Shown here one piece after another: positions 1 to 11,171 of a DNA stretch of 64,000 nt; the stretch's first letter is position 1; each line of letters begins with the position of its first letter. The stretch covers positions 2,356,001-2,420,000 of the forward strand of contig NC_089432.1 of the NCBI RefSeq assembly GCF_026210795.1, in the 5' to 3' direction. The notes beneath the pieces were generated by a model. The model had not been told where the DNA came from and did not search any database. It saw nothing but the letters and a program-made list of their open reading frames with translations. Made by a program: the position numbers and the translations under genes. The stretch is from Rhizophagus irregularis (taxonomy: Eukaryota).

Positions 1-1176
1 GATAGAAATGGCTGAGGAGGATATTGAGAAAACAGCTTTTATTTGTTCGGCAGGATTGTATGAATATAATGTCATGCCATTTGGATTGACAAATGCACCT
101 GCAAGCTTTCAAAGATTAATGGATAAAGTACTGAAGGAATACCTGAATGATTTTGTGATAGTATATATTGATGATATAATGATATATTCAGAAAATTTTG
201 AAGACCATCTGAAACACATAAAGTTAGTGTTGGAAAAATTAAAGGAAGTAAGCTTAATATTAAAATTAAAGAAATGTATATTCGGAAAAACAGAAATAGA
301 ATTTTTAGGATATGTAGTTGGTAAAAATGGATTAAAACCGAGTCCAGGAAAGGTTGAAAAGATACAAAAATTAACAGCACCAACAAATATAAAAGGTGTA
401 AGGTCAATATTAGGATTATGTACGTATTATAGAAAATTTATTAAAGATTTTTCAAAAATAGTAAAACCAATAACATCTTTATTGAGAAAAGATGAAAAAT
501 TTGAATGGGGTATCAAACAACATGAAGCATTGGAAATATTAAAAAGGAAATTAACTGAAGAACCAGTGTTAAGACAACCAAATTGGCTAAGGAAATTCAT
601 ATTGATTACAGATGCTTCAGGAATAGGATTAGGGGCAGTACTAGCTCAAAAAAATGATAAAGGTCGAGAATATGTAAGGGCTGTGACATATATTACCTCA
701 TATCATTTTATTATAGGTGTGTACAGGTAAGATATCTGATCACGTGAATGTCAATCATTTTCCTTTTATAGATCTAGAATTATAAAAAGGGCTGAAATTT
801 TTTTTTTAAAAAAAAAAATGTTCGAATTTTGTTTTTTTTTTCATCGGCTTATTAGCACTCACTCCAAACAAAATACACTAAATAAAAATGATAGATAAAA
901 AATTTCATTGTATAGTAGTTTATTTTGTATTCAAAGATATATTTATTGATTCTCGAGCATTAAAAAATTCCATCCAAAAAAATTATGCCAACATTTTTAA
1001 TATGACGATCATGCATATTGCTGCGTATTGCTGCGGGGAGGGAAGATATCTCGCTAGTTGCTACAAAAAAGAAATTTGAATTGCTGCGGAGTTCATGACA
1101 CATTCAACTTTCAAGATTTGATTTTAAAAACTTTTAATATAACAAACGCATCAATAATTTTATTTCCAGTGCTAAA

Positions 1177-3457
1177 ATGAGTCATCAAACCTTCTTTCTT
1201 AGCCCTAAATTTAATAAGAAATCAATCTTTCATTCACCAACAAATAAGTCCCAAGAGTTTGTTAACGCTTATGTATATAGTATTATGGTTAAGAATGGGA
1301 ACGGAATTCCCAACCGTGCTGATATTTGTAGTGAAGCAGCAAAAGAGTGGAACAAAATTAAAATCAAGAGTAGACTGGAAATTGATGACATGATTAGAAT
1401 TATCTGGCCACGCCACATAATCTATGTAATATGCAAACAATAAGGCCATTACCTTCTGCACCTAGAGAAGATTCACATCCTCCTCTTCCTACTCTTCCTG
1501 CAATTCGTTCAGCAGATCCTATACTGGAAATTTCTGTCAATGCATCAGCACAAAGAAAAGTGGTAAATGAGATAAAAATAGCCGAAAAAAAGATTAGTGA
1601 ATTCGAGCAGATCTACAATATTTCAACAGATTATCAATTTCGACATGATACATACTTGAAAATAGGAAGTCATCAAGCTGAAATTGAATCTAACAGGAAA
1701 AGAATTATTAAATTAAAAAGGAATGCTGATTATGCTCAAAAATGCAAAGAAAAAAAAAGAAAAATACTTCACGAAGACCAGATGGTAATACTATATGATA
1801 AGCCTGGTCGGCCCCCATTTCTTTTTGAACATCCGAATTTGCATGATCATATCCACGATTTGATCGAGTTTGGAGCAGCTGATAAAAAACGACGAAAGGA
1901 AGTGATTAAAGTGTGAACTATCGAACATTTGCGCAAAAATCTTGAAGAAAATTATGATGTTTATATGGCGAGAACAATATTGAACAATTACCTGCTGCCT
2001 TGCCAATCCAATTCTATAGCCGCAAATAAAAGCACATCATCATCCAGCGTGGGTCTCAGTAGCGGGAGTTTCGCATACTGAAACACGCGACCATTCTGAT
2101 GGTCATTATTGTCTTGCATCTACTAAATATGCAAGGCAATTTGCTACCGCCTTTGCCGATAATTCCGTTGTTATTTCACAAGATGACAAGGTGAAGATAG
2201 GTCTTGGAGTACCTGCTGTAGGTTGAACATTTCATTCGTTGCAGTCAGTTAATGAACCTGTTAGTGTAGCCGACCATGATTTTCCTTTAGGAAATGCGCA
2301 GAAGTTGGTTCTGTCGGTTTACCTTATAACAAAACCAAACGAGTCAAATGATGAATTACAAACAGAACAACTTGCCATTTTTGTACGCCATCAATGGTCT
2401 CTTGGTACGTCTTCACTCACACACATGCAAGATCTTGAAAGCCTTGTCCTGGATCCTCAATATGATGATGTATTGAAAACCGGTGGAGAAATTCGACCGA
2501 TCTGGGTATTACTGGTAGATGAAAGGCCGGACGAGAATCCAAGACATCTAAAGAACATTAAAATATACTGTCAACTTTTTCAAAAGTTTGATTTAGATTA
2601 CTTGACTGTTCGAACACATGCCCCAGGATAATCTAAGTATAATCCTGTTAAAAGAGGCATGGCTACACTATCTGGAAAATTGGCAGATATTATACTACCG
2701 ATTGATCACTTTGGATCGCACCTAAATACACAAGGTAAAGTGATTGTTCCAGAATTGGCCCTGTGAAACTTCTGATATGCTGGAGAAACACTTTGCGATA
2801 TTTGGCGTCGAGATTTGATTTTTGGGAAAAAAGTTAATGCACGGTATGTTGAAGAGCTATCTAATCCATTCGAAAATTTAGAGTTTGAAGGTACAGACAA
2901 AGAAAAAGCAGAAGAACAAAAACAACAAAAAAGAAAACAAAAAAAGGAGATGACTCACCAGAATGTTTTGTGCCATGGTCATGGATCGAAAATCACTGTA
3001 ATTTATGCCAGTATTCTCTTGATATTAAACATTGTACGAATACAAGCTGCTGTGGACCACCTCGTGCAAAAGAAGCCATGGATTTTCTTTTTTCGAATAA
3101 TGGCTTTTTGCCTCCAGTTACGAAAGCTAAAGACGGACATTTCACAAATGCCATACATCTCCTTGAATATTTTGATCTCATGAAAATTCCTGAGTACGAT
3201 TTTCACTGCCCGTCCCTTGATCAGACAGCCTATTCGCGTCTTTGTTGCTCCGCGTGCAATAAGTATTTTCCAACACTTACTTATTTAACGAACAACAAAA
3301 AAACATTGCATCCTATCAGCCGTAGATGACCTAAAGGGAAATCTAGAGAACAAAATTTGAGAGTCCTTGACGATTTCTCTCTTCTTCCATCACAGCAAAA
3401 GCAACCTCTCTTTGACGAAACATATTTAAGGGATTGCATGTCAGATAAAGAATGATA
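1177..3457 (+). pseudogene. Degenerate Zator-like transposase
   Basis: Fragments across frames: ISQDDKVKIGLG, VADHDF, LLVDERPDENP, HAPG*SKYNPVKR and a C-terminal CxxC; several frameshifts and TGA stops. Confidence 0.8.
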
Positions 3458-3465
3458 GTTGTATA

Positions 3466-4033
3466 TAGGGATGGCAACGGTCGGTCATGGTCGGTCATCG
3501 GTCAGTCATAACCGGTCAAGAACCTTTGACCGACCGACCGACCATTTGACCGACCGTTTGACCGACCGTTTGACCGATCATTTTTTTTATATTTTCTCAG
3601 CGTTTTTATTAAGGAAATTGAAAAAACGTGCGAAAACATTTTTTTTTATTAAATTATTAATAAAAAACATGCGAAAACGTTTTTTTTTATTAAATTATTA
3701 ATAAAAAACGTTTTCGCAACATTTCTATTAAAATAATTAAAAAAACGTTGCGAAAACGTTTTATTTTAATTAAATTACTAATAAAAACGTTTTCGCAACG
3801 TTTTTTGTTAAAATAATTAAAACCGTTTGCGAAAAACGTTTTTTAAAATTAAATTATTAATAAAAAACATTTTCGCGACGTTTTTTATTAAATTTTTCAT
3901 AAAAAAATTTGGTCGGTCAAACGGTCGGTCAAACGGTCAGTCAAACAGTCGGTCAGAAGTCTTGACCGACCGATATCGGTCACGGTCATGACCGGTCATA
4001 ATCGGTTAATGACCGTGACTGTTGCCATCCCTA
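3466..4033. mobile_element. hAT-family MITE
   Basis: TIR TAGGGATGGCAAC; perfect 8-bp TSD GTTGTATA (3458-3465, 4034-4041); internal GACC/GGTC repeats; related copy at 51779-52163. Confidence 0.93.
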
Positions 4034-4471
4034 GTTGTATATACTGAAAATTTTTTTAATAAAGCATGTATAAAATCTAAGCCACTAATATCACGTGATT
4101 TATAATAAACTGTGTAACCTAAGATTCCCTGCCACCCACCCACCCCCTAAAATATTAGGTAATATATGTCCTGGCCCTAATAGAATACGCTAGTAAAAGT
4201 TTAAACAGAACAGAACAAAGGTGGCCAATAACTGAACAGGAATGTTATGCAATCATATGGGGAATACAACACTTCCATAAATATTTGATTAATAAAAAAT
4301 TTGAAGTGGTAACAGATCATGCAGCCTTGAAAGGATTAATGACTGCAAAGGTACCAAAAGGAAAAAGATCAAGATGGGTCATGGAATTAGAACAGTATGA
4401 TTTTGAAATAACTCACAGACCTGGAAAAGAAAATAAAAATGCAGATGCATTATCAAGGATAATATAAATAG

Positions 4472-4783
4472 ATGAGTAAAAGGACTAGGATTCAAAATAT
4501 ATATATTAATAAAATATATAATAAGAACAACATGATAGAACCACCTATGGATTGGGTCCTTACTGGTCAAATAAAAGTACGTGAAATAACTGAAGTGATG
4601 ATAAAAGAAGGAAAGGATAGGACAATCATCCATTTAGAAGTAGAGGATAGAATAGACAGGATACTCGTAAATGTAGATATCATAATGAGTTATAAGGAGA
4701 GAAAGATAAAATTAATAATGGACGATGGGGAAGACATAGTAATACAAGAAGGACCAATAGAAAAAGGATTAGGATGGATATGA
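4472..4783 (+). CDS. Uncharacterised small ORF inside the Gypsy element
   Basis: 103-aa ORF starting 4 nt after the RNase H stop, with the same A-rich strand bias; no recognisable motif. Confidence 0.4.
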   Translation: MSKRTRIQNIYINKIYNKNNMIEPPMDWVLTGQIKVREITEVMIKEGKDRTIIHLEVEDRIDRILVNVDIIMSYKERKIKLIMDDGEDIVIQEGPIEKGLGWI

Positions 4784-4849
4784 TATAAATTAGTTATAGG
4801 AAATGAAATATATATATATAGGTAGAAATACCCCAGATCAAAAATAAAA

Positions 4850-5089
4850 ATGGAACAAGTGGTGAAAAATACAAATTATAAAATAAAGGATATAATCAAA
4901 AATTTAGAAGATATAACAAAAGAATTAAACAGGATAAATTATAACTATAAATATAAAGCTGAAAATTTTGAAGATAGTAAAGAAAGACCATCAATATTAG
5001 AAACCCAAGAGGAAATATTACAAATAGAAGTAATATTGAGCAGGATAAATCGATTAAAACTATCAGAGCTATGTAAAAATGGGACCTAA
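4850..5089 (+). CDS. Uncharacterised small coiled-coil-like ORF inside the Gypsy element
   Basis: 79-aa ORF overlapping the start of the next ORF; no recognisable motif. Confidence 0.35.
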   Translation: MEQVVKNTNYKIKDIIKNLEDITKELNRINYNYKYKAENFEDSKERPSILETQEEILQIEVILSRINRLKLSELCKNGT

Positions 5090-5633
5090 AATAATAATTA
5101 TATGTGGAGTCAATGGTACAGGAGAAACATTTATCGTAAATAAACTCATAAAAGAATTTGAAAAAGCAGGACAAAGTGTAAGATTTAATACCTTTAAAAG
5201 GAGAAGGGAAGATAATGATAAATATAAAATACCAAAAAAGGGTATAGAATGGGAATTTAGGAAGGAAGTGGTTGAACAAATCAACAGGAGAATGGAAGAA
5301 CATGAAAATGAGGATTGGTTAATATTAGATAAAAGTCCCTATAGTGAATACTTTTATCAACAAACACCATCATTTGATAGAGGATATATATCAAAATATG
5401 AGAATCACTTACTAGAAAAGGAGATATTCAGAAACAAAAGGATAATTGATGGATCAATAGTGATATTTCTAGAAAATGACAAATGTTGGGAGAATTACAG
5501 AGGTAGAGAATACTCAAAAAAGGATCAAGGACACAAAACATCATACCCATTATTAAATGAAGAAAGATATATGGAGATGGTGAAATCATTTAAAGAATGT
5601 CAGGATATTTTACGAAGGAGAAAAATATGCTAA
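5079..5633 (+). pseudogene. Thymidylate/dNMP-kinase-like P-loop domain, frameshifted from the downstream integrase
   Basis: IIIICGVNGTGET (Walker A with K>E), WLILDKSPYSEYFYQ (DR-motif equivalent), IVIFLE strand. Confidence 0.7.
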
Positions 5634-5670
5634 TATTAAGATATCAAATAATGATACTGATTGGGAAAAA

Positions 5671-6843
5671 GTGTATAATAAAATAATAGAGTTAAACGGT
5701 AATAAATCATCGATAGAAATTAAAAGTGTCGAAATCAAAGAAAATACCAAAGTAATTGATGGTAAAAAGTACATTAAGAAGAATGGTGAAAATGTCAGAA
5801 TAATAGAAAACTTTGAAAAGATGGGAGCATTATATTTGGCTCACAGTCATGAATTATCAGCACATATGGGAATTAAAAGTACTTATGATAATTTAAAAAA
5901 TAAATATTATTGGAAAAATATGTTAAATGACGTCGAAAGATATGTAAGGACATGTGACGAATGTCAAAGAAGAGGAAAACCACAAGGGAAAAATGAATTA
6001 CACCCAATTAAAGTAGTAGAACCATGGTATCAAATTGGGATTGACTTCGTTGGACCATTGAACACGACAACAAATGGTAATAAATATATTATAGTAGCAA
6101 TGGATTACTTTACAAAATGGCCAGAAGCTAAGGCAGTAAAAGAAGCAACTGCTAAGGAAGTATCAAAATTTATTTATGAAGACATTATCTGTAGACATGG
6201 ATGTCTAATGAAGATATTGAGTGATAGGGGGAGTCATTTTAACAATGAAATGATTAAGGAATTAATGGAAAAATTTAAAATTAAATGGAATTTTTTCACA
6301 AGTTATCATCCAGAGACAAATGGATTTGTTGAAAGATTCAACTGAACATTAGGTCAAACATTAGCAAAATTATCAACCAAAGATGATTGGGATCAAAAGA
6401 TAGTACCCATATATACTATTTGCTTATAGAAATAAAAAGCATAGTTCAACAAGAATTTGACCATTTTATTTAACATATGGAAGGAATGTATGGACAATAA
6501 TGGATGAAGATATCAAAGAAATCAACCTAAGTGATAGAATAGTTGGATTATTAGAAGAACTACCAAAAATCTGACATGAAGCTAAAGAACAAATATTAAA
6601 ATCTCAAATAAAACAAAAAGAATATCATGACAGAAAAATAACTAAAGAACATATCTTTGGAATTGGAGATAAGATATTACTTTATGATAAAGCCAAAGCT
6701 CAACAATTATCTGGAAAATTAGAATCAAAATGGTTGGGACCATTTTACATCCATGAAATATTACCAAATGGAGCTTACAAAATTAAAAACATTAAAGGTG
6801 TAATCAAGAAAACACCTGTAAATGGGGAATTATTGAAGACATA
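5671..6843 (+). pseudogene. Gypsy integrase with premature stops and a frameshift
   Basis: HHCC finger (HSHELSAH...CDEC), IGIDFVGP, SDRGSHF, NGFVERFN*, then KWLGPFYIHE...VNGELLK. Confidence 0.92.
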
Positions 6844-7169
6844 ACATACACCCATGAGTAGATGATAAATACCATCAAATGATTTTAAAATCACATGAAT
6901 TGAGATCATATGATTTAAAACAATTCTGAGAAAAATAGGAAAAATTAATGAAAATTTCCAAAGAAAGACCTAAGTGAAATCTGGTACAAGAAAACTGTGA
7001 AATTTAAAGAACACATGACAAACCACAGAAACAGCCACAGGACGCAGCTAAGTCAAGTAATGATACATGCTTGGTTTAGTGGTATAATTCGCATCTACCA
7101 CTTTGAGACACGAGTTTGATTCTTAAAATAAATTTAATGTGGGCATTAAATTTTCATGCGGGGGATAGT

Positions 7170-7945
7170 TGTAATGCCATAATATACATAGTAAATTTAT
7201 TAATTGTGGGCGCAGTATTATATTTAATCTTAGTATATAAAATTTTAATTTATTTTTAGTTGTATTTATAATTGGTCCGAAATGACATTAAACTATTGGT
7301 TACAAAATTAGAGATAATAATTGGACTGAGAAGACATTCAACTATTGATCATTTGATTTAAGGATAAGTATTGATCCGAAAGGTATAGGATTAAGTAGAT
7401 CATTACATAAAAGGTATTACAAATCATAATTAAGGAGTTAATGATGATCCTATGAAAAATAGGAAATCATAAATATTTTGTGGAAATACTTTAAAAACAA
7501 TGGAAACACTTTTAAAGTAATGGGATCACTTTGAAAATCTGAATCCAGAAAGGTGAATTAAGAAATTGGCGAATCATAAACAAGTGTAATTTCTTTTAAA
7601 TAAACGTAATATTTTGGCTTCCTGAAAAAGAGGAAGGATTTCGAACTCTAAGAAATAAAAATGGTTAAGTATTATAAATTTACCTTAATATTGATAATAA
7701 TAATAAAACGAATCTTTTAGCATTTTTCTTATGATGAAAAATTGCCACATTAAGTAAATTAATGGAATTAAAGGTTACTAATATGGGGAAATTATCGCAC
7801 TTTGAAAAGTTAATATAATTAACTTATTTATCATTTAACAGCATTAAACCAAGCATATTATTGTATTTATTTATATTATTAATAAAGAGTTATTTTGTTA
7901 ATACTTATGGTGGCAACGTGATTTATCACGGGCATAGATATTACA
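7170..7945 (+). repeat. 3' LTR of the Gypsy element
   Basis: Starts TGTAAT directly after the polypurine tract and ends ATTACA; partner LTR not in window. Confidence 0.8.
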
Positions 7946-7964
7946 ATATAAAGAGATTATTATA

Positions 7965-8416
7965 GCTCAACCCACCTCGGCCGCGGCCTCGCAGTACCTA
8001 CATCCCCCCTCCGTGGGGTAGGGAATCCCCTATATCTGTCACCATCTGTCATTAACATCTGTCATATAATAATATACTAAAAAAGAATGAAATAAGGGAA
8101 AAGAGAGGAAAATACGATAGAATCAGAGGGGTATGACAGATATGACGGATATGACAGATGTTTCAGAAAAATCGGGAGAGGATACTCCCAGAAAAAAGTT
8201 TTGATTTTACCCCCCCAGATCTGTCATTCTGTCATAGATCTGTCATATGATCAGGATTCAGTCTATTCATCTGTCGGAAGCAGTGAGATAGCAAACCGAG
8301 TAAACAGGTAGGTTAATAGCCCCTAGAAGGTCTGTAAAGCCACAGAGAGATAACCGGGTAGAAGCGCGGATCTTTGGAAAAAATATATTCGGCAATTGAA
8401 GATTAGGTAACTATAA
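7965..8416 (+). repeat. Left terminal inverted repeat of the Maverick-like element
   Basis: Reverse complement of 30724-31175; only one mismatch noticed by eye (gatag vs gaaag). Confidence 0.96.
8394..8404 (+). promoter_or_regulatory. Putative element-specific promoter motif AATTGAAGATT (representative copy)
   Basis: Same core upstream of ORFs starting at 8427, 15888, 24978, 25558, 28082 and 30694. Confidence 0.6.
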
Positions 8417-8426
8417 GTAACATACA

Positions 8427-8942
8427 ATGATAAACTTACACGCCGCCACTTCTCTTGCCGAAGATCTTGGTCTCGATCTTGTAGACATCTATGGAATCCG
8501 TAAATGGATCCAAATGCAGGCTTCGCCCTTCAACGACCCGGACATAGTAAGAGAGATGGTCAGAAACCTTCCGATCAAAGAATTCGGAAAACATCTCAAG
8601 ATAAACAGACTCTGGTACAACGGTTGTAAAGCCGAGTTGTGGAAGCGATATAAAGAAGCTGAGGAGGTATACAAACAGGCAGTAGACTACTACAGGGAGG
8701 CCATTGGCAATTTCAATGAAGCCGATCAGAAAAAATACACTAGGTTCGCAGGAATGGTGGCAGTAGAAAGAGCTCTTCTCAGATGTGGCTTTATAACGCA
8801 AGAGTCCGACTGGGAGAAATGGACTCAAATAACGTACAACATCCAATTGCTTAAGGAAGGCCGCACTCTTGATGACTCGGACGATGAATCAGATGATGGA
8901 GAGGTATCTCTCGATGACTCGGATGATGAGGAATACTTTTAG
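8427..8942 (+). CDS. Hypothetical protein with acidic tail (Maverick-like element)
   Basis: 171-aa ORF beginning just inside the TIR, downstream of the shared motif. Confidence 0.7.
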   Translation: MINLHAATSLAEDLGLDLVDIYGIRKWIQMQASPFNDPDIVREMVRNLPIKEFGKHLKINRLWYNGCKAELWKRYKEAEEVYKQAVDYYREAIGNFNEADQKKYTRFAGMVAVERALLRCGFITQESDWEKWTQITYNIQLLKEGRTLDDSDDESDDGEVSLDDSDDEEYF

Positions 8943-8951
8943 AAGGCGGTA

Positions 8952-9272
8952 CTAATCTGTCTTTCTCTTTTTTGCTTCCTTAAGGCATTTATCAATACAC
9001 TGTTTACACGCGTCATCAGACTCTAAAATTTTTTGCCCAAGTTTTTTGCATTGCCTATTATACGCCGTCTGATGTCTTTTAGCCGCGGTTTCTTTTTTCT
9101 TCTCCTTGGTTTTCTTTTTGATAACCCAGTCTATCCCAGTAAAAGTATTCTTATGCATCCCACAAACTACACAGTCACCATGTAAACGATAGCGGCCATT
9201 TGTGGTCATATCTTGTATTTCACTAGCAGTCTCGGTTTCCTTCTTACACTTTAGGCAGTAAAATCGTGTCAT
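8952..9272 (-). CDS. Small basic zinc-ribbon protein (DUF5679-like), possibly DNA-binding
   Basis: MTRFYCLKCKK...TTNGRYRLHGDCVVCG with a Lys-rich C-terminus; ATG at 9272 is divergent from the integrase ATG. Confidence 0.7.
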   Translation of the reverse strand: MTRFYCLKCKKETETASEIQDMTTNGRYRLHGDCVVCGMHKNTFTGIDWVIKKKTKEKKKETAAKRHQTAYNRQCKKLGQKILESDDACKQCIDKCLKEAKKRKTD

Positions 9273-9316
9273 CTTAAGATTTGAAGTCCGAAATCTTTCC
9301 TTTAATTTGTCGTAAT

Positions 9317-10407
9317 ATGTCGCATTTAGAGAATTATTACAAATACTACAATCTCTCCGGAGTACCGGCACGAATTCTAAAAGGTGAGGAGCACTACAAC
9401 CTATATAAAAAGCCCTAAAGGAGAAGTCATCAGAGCGTCCACAAGTAGTTGTATGGAAACCAAATGCAACACATCAGGCAGATCTTGCAGAGATGCCAGT
9501 CGACCCCAAAGGATTCCACTATTTCCTCGTAGTGGTGGAAGTCGCGGGTAAACAAGTCGATGCAGAACCCCTAAAGGATAAAACTGCAAATAGGGTTCTA
9601 AACGGGTTTGTCAAAATCTACAGAAGAAATCGTATTAAGCCACCAACACACAGACTGGAGACAGATTCCGGATCAGAATTCACTAACGACCAGGTACGTG
9701 ATTTTTTCCTGAACAGCCTAGGGGTAATGATGAGGTTCGGCGAACCAGGAAGACACAAACAGCAATCATACGCTGAACGAGCCATCCAAGCAATCCAGGA
9801 ACCTCTCCTAAAACGAATGGTGGCACAGGAGTTGAAGACCGGGGTGACATCCGTGGAATGGTCAGAAGATTTCCGTGATGTAGTTAATAAAATAGATGAA
9901 ATCTGGCAGAGAAATCCCCCAGACATTCCGACAGGGTCACCCAAAGTGTCAAAAAAGACAGAACTTCTCTCTGAAGGAACACATGTCCGAGTCAAGTTAG
10001 ACGAACCTATTTCAGTACTCGGGAATAAACTCCATGGAAAATTTCGTACAGGTGACATAAGATGGAATCCCAATATCCGTGTCATCAAAAAAATGATCCT
10101 CTCACCCGAACAGCCTCCTACGTATCTTCTTGATGGACCACACGGGCGTCTAGGTGTATCCAGATGTGCGTACACCCGAAAAGAGTTGCAGATTGTTCCA
10201 GAAAATGAACATCCCCCACCTGACTCCGTGATAAGAGGGCAACCCGAAAGATTTGTACCTGAGCGGATACTCCGGCATCGCATCAGGAAGGGTCAAGACC
10301 AGTATCTAGTCAAGTGGGAACGATACCCAGATACCGAAGCCACTTGGGAACCCGCTGACCGGTTGGAGGAGGATGTCCCTGCCTTAATCCGCAAATTTTG
10401 GGAATAA
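9317..10407 (+). CDS. Retroviral-like (rve) integrase with C-terminal chromodomain; 1-nt frameshift near 9405-9420
   Basis: DDE: HQADL (upstream of the ORF-track start), ETDSGSEF, SYAERAI; chromodomain PERILRHR...YLVKWERYPDTEATWEP. Confidence 0.93.
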
Positions 10408-10421
10408 AAAATAAATATTCC

Positions 10422-11171
10422 CTATTTTTTGTCTCCTCGATTCACATCAGAAACTATCGGGATAAAAACATTCTTCTCATTACAAGTAAGGGCGATATGT
10501 TCACGTGATTCATGGACATCATAATTGTAACGTTTCAGACACGTCCGGCTCAATCCAATCTCCCTATGCTTGTAATCGCTTAAAACCGCGAGATTCTCAG
10601 TGATTACACAATCAGGGGTTAGTTTGATTGACACACCTTTTACCATGCCGAATGTCCTACCAGAACCCGGAGCGCCAGATATGTTATGTGTAATACTCTT
10701 GTCGATATCCAACCCTAATTCTTCAGCGGCTTCCCTCTGAATAAAAGACGCGTTAGCACAAGTGTCTGCTAAACACTGAATTGCTATCCCATTGACCTTC
10801 CCATCCAGCGCTAAAAGATCTTTAGTATTCTCCAAACGAGCTATGTCAATATCCATCGGGTCATCTTCCCTGATATCCTCTTCTTGTTTTTCCTCAACTA
10901 GGTCTTCCGGAATCTCCGTACTTTTACGAGCAGACTTTAATTCTTCCCGAAGAATCTCGCGGAGTAATTTTCTAAAATCTGCAGACCTTAATAAACTTAA
11001 TGAATCATTTTTGGTGACGGCTTTTATAAGTGTGGGCTTACTACTAGTAACCTTCACAGGAATCTTAATAGGAGTCATTTTAACTGATTTTTTTGGAACA
11101 GATTTAAGAAGTTTCGAGATACTTACACCCTTATCCGAGTTTACTTTTTTTTTGTACTTCGAACTGCACAA
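10422..11171 (-). CDS. Retropepsin-like aspartic protease, probably expressed by -1 frameshift from Gag
   Basis: LDGKVNGIAIQCLADTCANASFIQREAAEELGL and IGLSRTCLKRY; overlaps the gag end at A AAA AAG TAA in the -1 frame. Confidence 0.85.
   Translation of the reverse strand: MCSSKYKKKVNSDKGVSISKLLKSVPKKSVKMTPIKIPVKVTSSKPTLIKAVTKNDSLSLLRSADFRKLLREILREELKSARKSTEIPEDLVEEKQEEDIREDDPMDIDIARLENTKDLLALDGKVNGIAIQCLADTCANASFIQREAAEELGLDIDKSITHNISGAPGSGRTFGMVKGVSIKLTPDCVITENLAVLSDYKHREIGLSRTCLKRYNYDVHESREHIALTCNEKNVFIPIVSDVNRGDKK

Larger units (their letters stand above)
678..4177 (+). mobile_element. DDE DNA transposon, probably Zator superfamily
   Basis: TAA target duplication (675-677, 4178-4180); ~21-bp TIRs GGGCTGTGACATATATTACCT / GGGCCAGGACATATATTACCT; transposase motifs resemble the TP36/ISAzo13-related Zator type. 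Confidence 0.85.
1..4467 (+). pseudogene. pol: Gypsy reverse transcriptase-RNase H, split by the 678-4177 insertion (coding pieces 1-677 and 4181-4467)
   Basis: Removing the insertion and one TAA restores GREYV|IEYASKSLNRTEQRWPITEQECYAIIWG...VTDHAAL...NADALSR, the canonical RNase H-like end; TDASGIGLGAVL lies before the break. Confidence 0.92.
1..7945 (+). mobile_element. Ty3/Gypsy LTR retrotransposon, 3' portion (5' end outside window), interrupted and degenerate
   Basis: Domain order RT (MPFGLTNAP, YIDD) - RNase H - integrase with GPF motif - polypurine tract (gcgggggatagt, 7158-7169) - TG...CA LTR. Confidence 0.93.

Noticed and set aside
3459..3701. 80-aa ORF with TDRL repeats
   Set aside because: Read-through of the MITE's GACC repeats.
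678..4177. PIF/Harbinger assignment from the GGG termini and TAA TSD
   Set aside because: Transposase motifs (DDK, DHDF, SKYNP) fit the Zator/TP36 type better, and no Harbinger or Myb-like ORF is seen.
9618..10283. 221-aa antisense ORF, and other shadow ORFs in the Maverick-like element and LINE
   Set aside because: Lie opposite well-supported genes in GC-richer DNA and have no motifs.
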